DNA of 64,000 nucleotides from Thermoplasmata archaeon (GCA_023261755.1 JAGDXS010000003.1:3153-67152), one strand, 5' to 3'. Positions 1 through 10,139 are shown, counted from the stretch's first letter. The notes: generated by a model not told the origin, from the letters alone. Made by a program: numbers and translations.

Positions 1-3000
1 GGCCTTTTAGATCCAATAATAAGGGAATGGTTTGAAAGTAAATTTAAGGATCTTACTGAACCACAAGCATATGCTATACCATATATACATAAGGGAGAAA
101 ATGTACTTGTCTCTGCACCAACTGGTTCAGGAAAAACATTAACAGGTTTTTTAACAATAATTAATGAATTATTTTTACTTGCAAAAAATGGAAATTTAGA
201 AGACAAAGTTTATTGTGTTTATGTATCTCCTTTAAAAGCTCTAGCCAACGATATTCACAGAAATCTTGAAGAACCTTTGGAAGAGATAAAAAAACTTGCA
301 AAGGAAAAGGGAATTGAAATTCCTAAAATTACTGTAGGAGTAAGATCCGGTGACACACCACAAAGTCAGAGGCAGAAAATGTTGAGAAAACCTCCGCATA
401 TCTTTATTACAACCCCTGAATCACTTGCTTTGGTTTTATCATCCATAAAATTCAAGGAAAAATTCAGATCCGTGAAATTTGCAATAATAGACGAAACCCA
501 TGAATTATCTGCAAGCAAAAGAGGCGTTATGCTTTCAGTAAACATGGAAAGGCTAGAGCGTCTTTCTGGTCATTTGATAAGGATAGGTCTTTCTGCAACA
601 CAATCACCGATAGAGGAAATGGCCAAATTTGTTGCAGGCTTCAATGAAAATGGAGATGTAAGAGATATTTACATAGCAGAAGTTGAAGCAAAAAAAATGC
701 TTGATCTGAGGGTAATTACGCCTGTTCCAGATCTTGTTAATACACCTTTTGAAATAGCAAATGAAAAAATGTATGATATATTGGTAGATTTAATAAATTC
801 CCATAGGACTACACTTATTTTTACAAACACAAGAAGTGGTACCGAGCACGTTGCATTTAAACTTAAGGAAAAGGGCATAAAAAGTCTTGAAGCGCACCAT
901 TCATCCCTTGGCAAATCAACTAGATTAAAGGTAGAAGAAATGCTAAAAAAGGGAGAATTGAAATGTGTAATATCATCAACAAGTTTAGAGCTTGGAATTG
1001 ATATAGGATACATTGATCTTGTAGTTCAGATTGGTTCCCCTAAAAGCATAGCCAAAGGCCTTCAAAGGATAGGCAGATCAGGTCATGCATATGGTAGAAT
1101 ATCAAAAGGTAGAATGGTTGTATTTGATATGGATGATCTCATTGAATGCACTGTATTGACAAAACAAGTTTATGAAAATAATATAGACAAGGTATTTGTA
1201 CCCAAAAATTCATTGGATGTACTTTCCCAGCTATTAGTAGGTATGAGTCTTGAAGATGTATGGAACATAAACGATGCGTATTCTTTAATTAAGAAATCAT
1301 ACTGTTTTAGGGATCTTCCATTTGAGAAATTCATGGAAGTAATTGATTATCTCTCTGGGAAAACGTATGGTGAAAAATTCTATTCAAAAATATGGTTTGA
1401 TGAAAAAGATGGAAAATTTGGAAAAAAGAAGTCTACAAGAATGATATATTTCATGAATCTTGGAACTATCCCTGAAGAGGCTGATTATGTTGTTCTTGAC
1501 GAGGAAAACATACCACTTGGAGATTTAAGTGAAAAATTTGTTGAGCATTTGAGACCCGGCGATATATTTGTTTTAGGTGGGAGGACATATGAATTTTTAA
1601 GATCCAGGGGATCGAAAGTATATGTAAAAAAAGCGGAGGGAAGAAGACCAACAGTACCGTCATGGGCTGGTGAAATGCTTCCAAGAAGTTTTGATTTGAG
1701 CATTGAAGTGGGGAAATTCAGAAAAAAAATTGAAGAAAAGATAAGAAATAAGGAAAATGTAATAGATTATTTAATGAAAGAATATTACATGGACAGATCT
1801 GGTGCAACTAGTATATATAATTACATAATTGAACAGATGGCTGATGTGGTTCCAACAAATGATCGTCTTCTTGTTGAGGGATATATTGACCCTTCAAAAA
1901 TGTACAACATAATATTCCATTTCCCATTTGGTAGAAGGGTAAATGATGCACTTTCAAGGGTTTATGCTCACAACATAGCAAATAAATATGGCCTTAATAC
2001 AAGGATAACCATAACTGATGACGCATTTATGATTACAGTATCAAAAGAAATTCCACTAAATTCAATTTTAAGTCTTGTGAGCTCCAGAAATTTTACAAAG
2101 GATTTAAAAAATTCACTAAAAAATACCGAACTTTTCAAGCAAAGGTTCAGGCACTGTGCTACAAGGTCTTTTATGATACTTAAAAAATACAAGGGTGCTG
2201 ATATATCTGTAACAAAACAGCAGCTTAAGAGTGATAAAATCCTTGAAATTCTTTCAGAAATTCCTAACTTTCCAGTAATTGAAGAGACCTACAATGAAAT
2301 TTTCAATATTGTAATGGACATGCCTCATGCAATTGAAATATTGAAAGGTATTGAAGATAAAAGCATAGAAGTAAAAATAAAGGATTATTCTGATCAACCT
2401 TCTATCTTTTCTAATAATGTAATACTTTCAAGTATTTCTGATATTGTTTTAATGGAAGATAGATCAGCTTTACTCAAGGAAATTCATATGAAAATATTGA
2501 AAAAAGTACTGCCTGAAGAATATGAGTCTATGTTTACGAGCGATATAATAAAGGAATACTTTGAAAATAAATTTTCCATAAATGGCCATGAAGATTTAAT
2601 TAAATTCATTAAGCAAGTTGGTGCCGCTGATGTATTATCAGAGAAGGGTATAAACATATACTCATTTTCAAAACTCCCCTTTGAAGAACTAAAATCAATT
2701 GCCTTAAACCTAATAAGAAATGGAGAGATTGTTTCAGCTTATACAGATAGATCCGTATTTACAATAAATGATTATTTACCATATTACAAAACATTGTATG
2801 GAAAAGAAAAGATTCCTGATGAAAAAATAAACAAAATTTTATCAATAATAGAGGGAAAAACAACTACAGAGGCATGGAAATTAAGTGGTCTAAAAAGGGA
2901 AGAATTTTTGGATATTTTAAGAGATCTTGAAAAATCTTATATAATATATAGAAAAGATATCATTGAAAATGAAATTTTATGGTCTAAAAGGGAAGTATCA

Positions 3001-5199
3001 TTGGCAGATAGGTATGAATCATTAAAGTTCATAATTGAAAAAATTCTGGAATACTACGGCCCATTAAATTTATCTGAAATTGCATACTATTCCAATTCGA
3101 AAGAGGATGAAATAATAAAAGTGTTGGAAGATCTTGAAAAATTGGGCATAATATCAAGTGGATTTTTCCTGCCCGGTTATGAAAAACAATACATGCTTAA
3201 AAGAGATCTTGATAATATAAAGCCAAAGGCATCAAAAACAAAGGATGATTTAAAAAGATATAGATTCTTTAAAACAACAAGGATTTTTGATAGCATAGAA
3301 GATGCATTCAATAATTATATTTTCTTTTCAACTCCTTACGAGGCAAGCGTAAGAGTGAAGAATTTCAATTTTACTGACTGGGAAGAATTAAGAATAAATA
3401 ATAAAATACTTTTTGGTAAATTCTTAAATAACAGGCTCGTGTACATAAATGAATTGAATGGACATAAATTAAAATTTAAAAATTTGGATCTTGATGAAAA
3501 TGCAAGGAATATTTTAATGAAGCTCGCTACAAAAGAAAAAGCTTCCATTCAAGAATTATCTGAAGATCTAAATTTGCATCCGAAAACTGTAAGAAATTAT
3601 ATAAATATTCTTGAAAATAATCTTTACGTTTCAAGATCATATGCTCCTGATGAAATTAAATATCCAAGTTCAAAATTCACAACTGTTGATGTCAAAACAG
3701 GAAATATTCATGATTTATTGATTGACTTAATAAAGAACCTGGGGCCATTTTCTATAAACGATCTTTCAGAAATGCTTGGCATAGACAAATCAACAATAAG
3801 GGACGCATTATTTAATTTAAATGTAGGTTCATTTGAAATATCTGGTGTAATTTATTACGGCGAAATCGGAGAGGTGGAAAATGATAATAAATCTTTACTT
3901 TTGGATTTTCAGGATCCATTTTTATTCCCTTATAGGATTGAACTTTTGCAAAAGTTTGGATCTGATTTTAATTTTTATCTGGTAAAAGATGGTGAAATTC
4001 TAGGGGCACTTTCAATAGACGAAAATTCTGATAATCTTTTAATTGTTGATATGAGCATACCTGATGATTTCATGGAAATTTTAATGAACAGAATAAATGA
4101 GTTAATGAAATTCTACGATAATGATGTCCTAATTATTGAAAAAATTAATGGGAAGAATGCTTCCGAATATTCTAAAATTTTGAGAAAATTTTCATTAAAG
4201 AGGCATGGAAAATATCTCATTAAAGGGGATATATACAGCAAAGATTTCCAATCTTCAGATCTTTTAAAAATCATGTTTTACCACCAGGGTATAGATATTG
4301 AAACAAGAAAAAAAACACCCATGGATCTTGATACACTTAATATGGGGATCAGAACAGAATTTGAAATACCAATAAGGTGCTGGCATTACATTTCAACAGA
4401 CAGATTAAAAAGAAGCAATTTGCTTTATTTAACTAGAGGTATACCAGATCAGCAAACATACGCCTCTTCAAAGAATATTAAAATTTTCCAATCAATAAGA
4501 AATTCACAGCTTGATAAAAAGCATCTCGTAATTATAAATATGCTAAGAAACAAGGGCTTTGTATCACCTCAAGAAATAATAGATGAATCACCTTTGGGCA
4601 GGGAAATAACATCTGACATTATTGATTATCTTTTTATTAACAATTTCATTGCAAAGGGCCCGAAGGATGATCTTATTCTAATTGAATCTGATATGGCAAG
4701 GAAAAATGCACTTAATAAATATATTGAAAATCTTTTAAGGATGTTCGGTGTCATAAATGTTAAAAGATCAGCTTACCTTCTAAAGGGATTTGTAAGCCAG
4801 ATGGATTTGAAGGATTCAATAAAAAAATTGGCAAACTACAAGAATCTAAAAAGAATATTCTTTGGTGATGAATTATTTTATGCAAATCCTGATGAAGTAG
4901 AAATGTTAAAATCAAGAAACATTGATTATGAATTCATTTTGGATCCTCATGACATATTATACCAATACATGATCCCTGACCTGAGAAAATATGTTAAACC
5001 AGGATATTTTATCGTAATGAAGGGTACAAGCATAATAGCATCATTCAGAGGAAAGCTTAAAAAGAAACAATTTGATATTTATGATTATGAAGGTGATGAT
5101 GAAGGAAAAAGGGTGATCAGAAGTATTACAGGATCTATGGGCGTAAAGGTAGAATTTACACAGAAAATTTCTGATGAAATTATTGATGAATTCCAATGA
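1..5199 (+). CDS. lhr: Lhr-family DExH-box ATP-dependent helicase, unusually long form (>1730 aa); 5' end lies outside the window
   Basis: Frame 1 is open from nt 1, so the ORF-track start at 277 is an internal TTG. The upstream translation reads GLLDPIIREWFESKFKDLTEPQAYAIPYIHKGENVLVSAPTGSGKTL (Walker A at 115-138). DExH box DETHEL is at 490-507. LSAT (motif III) and QRIGRSGH (motif VI) are present. The C-terminal ~800 aa consists of repeated wHTH-like segments. Confidence 0.85.
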   Translation, partial: GLLDPIIREWFESKFKDLTEPQAYAIPYIHKGENVLVSAPTGSGKTLTGFLTIINELFLLAKNGNLEDKVYCVYVSPLKALANDIHRNLEEPLEEIKKLAKEKGIEIPKITVGVRSGDTPQSQRQKMLRKPPHIFITTPESLALVLSSIKFKEKFRSVKFAIIDETHELSASKRGVMLSVNMERLERLSGHLIRIGLSATQSPIEEMAKFVAGFNENGDVRDIYIAEVEAKKMLDLRVITPVPDLVNTPFEIANEKMYDILVDLINSHRTTLIFTNTRSGTEHVAFKLKEKGIKSLEAHHSSLGKSTRLKVEEMLKKGELKCVISSTSLELGIDIGYIDLVVQIGSPKSIAKGLQRIGRSGHAYGRISKGRMVVFDMDDLIECTVLTKQVYENNIDKVFVPKNSLDVLSQLLVGMSLEDVWNINDAYSLIKKSYCFRDLPFEKFMEVIDYLSGKTYGEKFYSKIWFDEKDGKFGKKKSTRMIYFMNLGTIPEEADYVVLDEENIPLGDLSEKFVEHLRPGDIFVLGGRTYEFLRSRGSKVYVKKAEGRRPTVPSWAGEMLPRSFDLSIEVGKFRKKIEEKIRNKENVIDYLMKEYYMDRSGATSIYNYIIEQMADVVPTNDRLLVEGYIDPSKMYNIIFHFPFGRRVNDALSRVYAHNIANKYGLNTRITITDDAFMITVSKEIPLNSILSLVSSRNFTKDLKNSLKNTELFKQRFRHCATRSFMILKKYKGADISVTKQQLKSDKILEILSEIPNFPVIEETYNEIFNIVMDMPHAIEILKGIEDKSIEVKIKDYSDQPSIFSNNVILSSISDIVLMEDRSALLKEIHMKILKKVLPEEYESMFTSDIIKEYFENKFSINGHEDLIKFIKQVGAADVLSEKGINIYSFSKLPFEELKSIALNLIRNGEIVSAYTDRSVFTINDYLPYYKTLYGKEKIPDEKINKILSIIEGKTTTEAWKLSGLKREEFLDILRDLEKSYIIYRKDIIENEILWSKREVSLADRYESLKFIIEKILEYYGPLNLSEIAYYSNSKEDEIIKVLEDLEKLGIISSGFFLPGYEKQYMLKRDLDNIKPKASKTKDDLKRYRFFKTTRIFDSIEDAFNNYIFFSTPYEASVRVKNFNFTDWEELRINNKILFGKFLNNRLVYINELNGHKLKFKNLDLDENARNILMKLATKEKASIQELSEDLNLHPKTVRNYINILENNLYVSRSYAPDEIKYPSSKFTTVDVKTGNIHDLLIDLIKNLGPFSINDLSEMLGIDKSTIRDALFNLNVGSFEISGVIYYGEIGEVENDNKSLLLDFQDPFLFPYRIELLQKFGSDFNFYLVKDGEILGALSIDENSDNLLIVDMSIPDDFMEILMNRINELMKFYDNDVLIIEKINGKNASEYSKILRKFSLKRHGKYLIKGDIYSKDFQSSDLLKIMFYHQGIDIETRKKTPMDLDTLNMGIRTEFEIPIRCWHYISTDRLKRSNLLYLTRGIPDQQTYASSKNIKIFQSIRNSQLDKKHLVIINMLRNKGFVSPQEIIDESPLGREITSDIIDYLFINNFIAKGPKDDLILIESDMARKNALNKYIENLLRMFGVINVKRSAYLLKGFVSQMDLKDSIKKLANYKNLKRIFFGDELFYANPDEVEMLKSRNIDYEFILDPHDILYQYMIPDLRKYVKPGYFIVMKGTSIIASFRGKLKKKQFDIYDYEGDDEGKRVIRSITGSMGVKVEFTQKISDEIIDEFQ

Positions 5200-6211
5200 T
5201 GGGAATTTTCCTGCCACATACTTTGCAAGTTCCATCAGGATTTAGATTTCTTATTTCTATCCTATAACCTGACCTTTTAATCAATTCAGCGCCACAGTTT
5301 GGGCAGTAAGTAGTTTCATATTTTTCATCCCATACATTTCCTAAATATACAAAATTAATTCCTTCTTCCTTTGCTATTTCATAAGCAGAAAGCATTGTTT
5401 TCATAGGTGTTTCATATAAATTAGAAAGCATATAATCTGGATGAAACCTTGAAAAGTGAACAATTGCATTTTCTCCGAATACGTCAAATGCCCATTTTGA
5501 AAATTTCCTTATTTCTTCTGTATTATCATTCAATGTTGGTATGATCAGATACGTAATTTCAACGTGTACGCCCAGATCCTTAGCTCTTTTTACTGTTTCT
5601 AGCACAGGTTCGAGTTTTCCGGATACAATTTTTCTGTAAAAATCTTCTGTAAAACCCTTTACATCTATATTCATGGCATCTATGTATTTTGATATTTCTT
5701 TCAAGGGATCTTCATTTATATATCCGTTGGTCACATAAACACCATAAAGACCTTTGTCTTTTGCAATCTTACTTGTTTCAAGATTGAATTCAAACCATAT
5801 TGTTGGCTCATTGTAAGTCCAAGCAATTCCACTTGATCCTTCTTCAAGAGCAAGTTTAACAACATCCTCAGGGCTCATATGCCTGAGTGGAAGGTTATCT
5901 ATTGTGGCCTGGCTTATTTCCCAGTTTTGGCAGTGCTTGCATTTTAAATTACAACCTACTGTGCTTATTGAAAAAATCCACGTACCAGGATGAAAATGAA
6001 AAAGTGGTTTCTTTTCTATAGGATCCATAGCAATTGCACTGACCTTACCATAAACAAGTGAATACAATGAGCCATCAATATTTTTTCTCACATTGCATAT
6101 TCCTATTTTTCCATTTTCTATTATGCATCTATGAGGGCAAAGCTCACATCTTACTTTTTTACTTTCCAATTTTTTATAGTAAAGTGCTTCTTTCAAAATG
6201 TTCGTATCCAT
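5180..6211 (-). CDS. amrS: AmmeMemoRadiSam-type radical SAM enzyme (PflA-like activase fold)
   Basis: It has the CxxxCxxC cluster motif CNLKCKHC. An N-terminal CELCPHRC...C cluster and a C-terminal CPNCG...CKVCG zinc-ribbon-like pair are also present. Overall length and motif order match this family. Confidence 0.75.
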   Translation of the reverse strand: MDTNILKEALYYKKLESKKVRCELCPHRCIIENGKIGICNVRKNIDGSLYSLVYGKVSAIAMDPIEKKPLFHFHPGTWIFSISTVGCNLKCKHCQNWEISQATIDNLPLRHMSPEDVVKLALEEGSSGIAWTYNEPTIWFEFNLETSKIAKDKGLYGVYVTNGYINEDPLKEISKYIDAMNIDVKGFTEDFYRKIVSGKLEPVLETVKRAKDLGVHVEITYLIIPTLNDNTEEIRKFSKWAFDVFGENAIVHFSRFHPDYMLSNLYETPMKTMLSAYEIAKEEGINFVYLGNVWDEKYETTYCPNCGAELIKRSGYRIEIRNLNPDGTCKVCGRKIPIIGIHQ

Positions 6212-7130
6212 GATAATTAATCTTCACCTCCTTTCCATTTTTAACCATTATATTTTCACCATTCCAGGTTTCACCTATTTCATTAACTATTATTTCTTTT
6301 TTCTTCATTTTTTCTTTAAATTCTGGCCATAAATTTTTATTTATTGAAAATAAAAGCTCATATTCACCGCCAAAATTCAAACCTATTTCTTCCAATGATA
6401 TTTTGAACTCTTCGCTCACTTCCAATGCTAAAGGATGAAAAGGTAATTTATCATAGTAAATCTTAAAACCTACGCCTGTAAGTTTTTTAAGCTGCAATAT
6501 TGAGGAGAATACTCCATCTGAAAGATCCATTGCGGCCTTGACTCCATTTTTAGAGATTATTTTTCCTTCTAATATCCTTGGCTCTATTTCTAACATTTTT
6601 TCAGCTCCTTCTTTTATGCCATTTTTCCATAAATAATAACCAGCACCATTTTTACCCAAATAATTTGTTACAGCTAGCACTTGTCCAGGAACAAAATTTT
6701 TTCTTAGCATTATATTTTTTTTGCTCACATTTCCTAAAGCTATTCCTGCAGCTGTGAAATCATCACCCTCCTTTGTATCACCACCTACCATCCTTGTATC
6801 ATATTTTTCAAGGCATTTCTTTATACCCTTATTAAATTCCATGAAATAATTGAAATCAAATTCAGGATTAACAGAAAAGGATGATAGGAAATAGAGAGAA
6901 TTTCCGCCCATAGCTGCAATATCGCTCAGGTTTAATGATGCAAAAAAATATCCTGCCTTTTCAGGTCTTACATCATCAGGGATATGTGTTTTTTTGGTAA
7001 TTACATCGGTGGTAATCAATACAAATTTTTTACCATCATTAAAGTAAAATGAATCATCCTCTACAACGGTTCCGTATAATTTTTCCAATTTTTCTATTAT
7101 GGACCTTTCCCCTAGATCAAGAAGCTTCAT
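6174..7130 (-). CDS. thiL: Thiamine-monophosphate kinase (AIR-synthase-related fold)
   Basis: Motifs LGERSIIEKL, LITTDV..HIP, NLSDIAAMGG and MVGGDT appear in ThiL order. I prefer the ATG at 7130 (MKLLDLGE) over the ORF-track start at 7163. Confidence 0.65.
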   Translation of the reverse strand: MKLLDLGERSIIEKLEKLYGTVVEDDSFYFNDGKKFVLITTDVITKKTHIPDDVRPEKAGYFFASLNLSDIAAMGGNSLYFLSSFSVNPEFDFNYFMEFNKGIKKCLEKYDTRMVGGDTKEGDDFTAAGIALGNVSKKNIMLRKNFVPGQVLAVTNYLGKNGAGYYLWKNGIKEGAEKMLEIEPRILEGKIISKNGVKAAMDLSDGVFSSILQLKKLTGVGFKIYYDKLPFHPLALEVSEEFKISLEEIGLNFGGEYELLFSINKNLWPEFKEKMKKKEIIVNEIGETWNGENIMVKNGKEVKINYHGYEHFERSTLL

Positions 7131-7174
7131 GAATAAAGTGTAAGTTTTAATACTAATAAACATTTTTTGTAAGT

Positions 7175-7891
7175 GTGGATGAAATTAAATTAGAAGATTT
7201 TGTAATAACAAGATATTATTCAATTTACTTTCAAGATGAAAAAATAATAGTTATGAGTGATTTGCACATAGGATTTGAAGAGGTAATGGCCCAAAAGGGC
7301 CTTCTTTTACCAAAAATGCAAAAAAGAAGGATTATGGATCTTCTTGACAAGATTTTTCAATTTTATGATGTTGAAAAAGTTATAATCGATGGTGATTTCA
7401 AACACGAATTTTCCAAAAATGTAAAACAGGAATGGAATGAAATAGAAGAAATAATTAATTATATTTTAAAAAAATCTGATTTGATTGTTATAAGGGGGAA
7501 CCATGATAATTATTTGCAAACTATACTCTCAAAATATGGAATTGATATGATAAGATCGTTCAAATTAAAAAATTATGTTCTCATCCATGGTGATAAGGAA
7601 TATAAAGATTCAAATATAATTATAGGCCATGAGCATCCATCAATCAAAATAAGGGATAATGTGGGCGGTATTTTAAGCATGCCTGCTTTCCTCCATGGAA
7701 AAAATATTACAGTTCTACCTTCCCCTAGCATTTATTCATCTGGCTCAGATATCCTGGGAGGGGATATACTTTCACCTGTACTTAAAAATTTTAATCTTGA
7801 TGAATTGAACATATATGCTTTGGACGATAAACTTGGACTTATTGATATGGGAAAAATTGGAGAAATAAAAAAATTTGATAATAGATTTTAA
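7175..7891 (+). CDS. Metallophosphoesterase, SbcD/Mre11-related archaeal type (COG1407 / MJ0037-like; Rpe-like)
   Basis: It carries the calcineurin-type motif series SDLHIG ... DGDFKH ... GNHD ... HGD ... GHEHP. The start codon is GTG. Confidence 0.75.
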   Translation: MDEIKLEDFVITRYYSIYFQDEKIIVMSDLHIGFEEVMAQKGLLLPKMQKRRIMDLLDKIFQFYDVEKVIIDGDFKHEFSKNVKQEWNEIEEIINYILKKSDLIVIRGNHDNYLQTILSKYGIDMIRSFKLKNYVLIHGDKEYKDSNIIIGHEHPSIKIRDNVGGILSMPAFLHGKNITVLPSPSIYSSGSDILGGDILSPVLKNFNLDELNIYALDDKLGLIDMGKIGEIKKFDNRF

Positions 7892-7895
7892 TTCA

Positions 7896-8702
7896 TCATG
7901 ATATTTTAAAATAGTTTACTGATGGTTCATAGATCAATCCCTTGTCAAGAAGTGAATTTAGGATTTCATCCACCTGCGATCTTTCAAAATTGAATTTTAA
8001 AGCATTTTCCATTATATCATCGTATCTTGCGCCTTTACCATCGAAGTCAAGTTTTTCAACTAGATCAAGAATACTTTTTTCAGGATCTATATTCTCATTT
8101 TTCTCTTCTACCTTCATGCCTATAAGTTCTTTTACCATGGTTAAGTAAAAGTCAATATTTAAATCTTTAAACAATTCAATTGCCAATGAAGAACTTTCTA
8201 TATACGTTTTTGGAAAACCCAATTTTTCCAGCGTACCCTTGTCTGTGGAATTCTGCAATTCCCTTATTATATTTATTCTGTAAAGAAGATTTCTTATAGC
8301 TGTGAGCTTCCAATACTCCTCCATGAGTTCATCCACTTCTGCTATATTTTCAATTCTTAGATCTAAATTTTTTGATTCACCATATGTTCTTACTTTTCCC
8401 ACAAGCGCAATTCTTACAGGCGGATCCCTGGAAGTTAAAAATTTCCATACTGAAGGATTAGAATAATTTTTATCTGCGGAGAAATGTATTGTTCCAGTAA
8501 GATCATTTACGGTACCTGTAATAAATGAATTTTCATTTAGGATATTCCTATTTTCCATTATACCTACAACAAGAATTCTGTTTATTTTGGCCCCTAACCT
8601 TGTTAAAATATAATTTGCCTCCTTTTCCTCTCCTTTTTTTTCTAGAACTATACTATCATTAAATTCTCGAGCAAAAATTCTCCAGGCAGGTTCTCTTGTC
8701 AT
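7896..8702 (-). CDS. RPA-associated OB-fold protein (RPAP / RPA32-like) with C-terminal winged helix
   Basis: The N-terminus TREPAWRIFAREFNDS is typical of the archaeal RPA-associated family. A central OB-like segment and a C-terminal wHTH (DDIMENALKFNFERSQVDEILNSLLDKGLIYEP) follow. It overlaps the upstream RPA gene by 4 nt. Confidence 0.7.
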   Translation of the reverse strand: MTREPAWRIFAREFNDSIVLEKKGEEKEANYILTRLGAKINRILVVGIMENRNILNENSFITGTVNDLTGTIHFSADKNYSNPSVWKFLTSRDPPVRIALVGKVRTYGESKNLDLRIENIAEVDELMEEYWKLTAIRNLLYRINIIRELQNSTDKGTLEKLGFPKTYIESSSLAIELFKDLNIDFYLTMVKELIGMKVEEKNENIDPEKSILDLVEKLDFDGKGARYDDIMENALKFNFERSQVDEILNSLLDKGLIYEPSVNYFKIS

Positions 8703-9928
8703 TGTAACATCCCCTGTATATTCTCTTTCATTTTTTTCACATAAGATTCTTCTATGCTGTTAATCTGGTATGGATATAAAATTATTCTATTTGAATCCTT
8801 AATAGAAATCCTTCCGAAAATACTAAAGGGTTTAAAAAGCACTTTTTTTTCAAGTTCCTCTTTTACTATTGGTATACCAGGTGCAGATATGACTAACTTG
8901 ACCAAATCATCAAAGCTCTTTCCTATTATATCTTCCATCTGGCTTTTGTTTAATATTAGAGTGCATGCCAAAGTACCATCATCAAATGTTAATTTGCCTA
9001 TCATGTCGTTAACTGGTGTGACTTCACCATGCTCGGGGCATTCTCTCCCTTTTAATGTTCTGCCACAAATAGGGCATCTTGCTATTATACCAGTATCATC
9101 CCTGACATCAATTACTACACCCTCAAAATTTCCAAATTGCACATTTTTATTCAATAAATCTATTAGGTTTAGATAATTTTCATTGACCTCAATGTCCTCT
9201 ATAGGTGTTATTTCCATATTCTCATCTATGTTTAATGAGATCTTATCTTTGAATTCCCTCACGTATGCACCCTTTATCCTGTAACTTTTTCCCGCTTCAA
9301 GTTTTCTTCCCCAGGAGGTAAACTGTATTGCTCCAGTTTCATCTGCAATTAATCCTGTGTACCTTTTTTTTGATTTACCATTCTTTTCTTCAATGTAAAG
9401 TACCTTGCCTTTTATATCCAGGTTTCTGAAATTCTTTTGAAGTTTATCTATTGTGTACGAATTTAAAGAATATTTCACATTTTCTATCATTTTTTCATCC
9501 AGTTTCTCTATTTTACCATTGCTTGGTATGTATAACCTTAAGACATTGTTGAATGTAGATGTATATGCATTAGATATCCTAATTACATCACCCTTTTTTA
9601 TAGACACATTAATTGATGTTGTAAAGGGTATTGTTCCTGTTTCATCTCCCAATAAACCGGATGCTATCTTTCTACCTTCCTTCTCATTAATTTTCAATGA
9701 AACTATCTTTGCTGTTAGATTTAAATTCCTTATTTCACCTTTAATATCAAATATTTTCATGGCTTTTTCAGGCGCATACTTCTGAATTATTTTCTGTTTT
9801 ATTAGATCTGGTGGATAATGGAAAGAAAGCCAAAGATTAAAGAGCTTCTTTATCTCTTCCTTAGTTATCTGGCCATTTAGTATAGCGTATATTTCTTCAA
9901 CATATTTTTCAATTTCTTTATCATCCAT
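8699..9928 (-). CDS. rpa: Replication factor A (RPA) large subunit, multi-OB-fold with zinc finger
   Basis: Repeated OB-like blocks are present (GLLGDETGTIPFT, GLIADETGAIQFTSW). The last OB fold contains the zinc motif CPICGRTLKGRECPEHG. I prefer the ATG at 9928; the ORF-track GTG is at 9937. Confidence 0.8.
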   Translation of the reverse strand: MDDKEIEKYVEEIYAILNGQITKEEIKKLFNLWLSFHYPPDLIKQKIIQKYAPEKAMKIFDIKGEIRNLNLTAKIVSLKINEKEGRKIASGLLGDETGTIPFTTSINVSIKKGDVIRISNAYTSTFNNVLRLYIPSNGKIEKLDEKMIENVKYSLNSYTIDKLQKNFRNLDIKGKVLYIEEKNGKSKKRYTGLIADETGAIQFTSWGRKLEAGKSYRIKGAYVREFKDKISLNIDENMEITPIEDIEVNENYLNLIDLLNKNVQFGNFEGVVIDVRDDTGIIARCPICGRTLKGRECPEHGEVTPVNDMIGKLTFDDGTLACTLILNKSQMEDIIGKSFDDLVKLVISAPGIPIVKEELEKKVLFKPFSIFGRISIKDSNRIILYPYQINSIEESYVKKMKENIQGMLQ

Positions 9929-9953
9929 ATGTATCACATATCAGATGTTTTTC

Positions 9954-9962
9954 TTATAAAAA
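9954..9962 (-). promoter_or_regulatory. TATA-box-like element upstream of the RPA operon
   Basis: The minus strand reads TTTTTATAA about 26 nt upstream of the ATG at 9928. This spacing fits a leaderless archaeal transcript. Confidence 0.35.
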
Positions 9963-10139
9963 CTTATCTTTTTTTGATTCTTGAATTGAAATTGTTTATT
10001 TTTTATGTATTCAAAATTTATAATAAAATTTTTTGACAATTGTATGAATATTATCCTATCTAAATTAAAATTTGAATTTCCATCTGAAAAATAATTAAAA
10101 TTTATAATTGCCATGAACATTCAAACCATAATATGATCT

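Noticed and set aside
8754-9176. A 140-aa plus-strand ORF (and a second one at 9453-9785) antisense to the RPA gene
   Set aside because: These are shadow ORFs opposite a well-supported RPA coding frame. Their sequences are Ser/Leu/Phe-rich and featureless.
9938-10139. A possible repeat or CRISPR-like element: 'AAAATTTATAAT' occurs twice (10014-10025 and 10097-10108) in a 202-nt AT-rich spacer
   Set aside because: There are only two copies of a 12-mer that is itself TATA-like in a highly AT-rich intergenic region. There is no regular repeat-spacer periodicity. It is most likely promoter sequence or chance.
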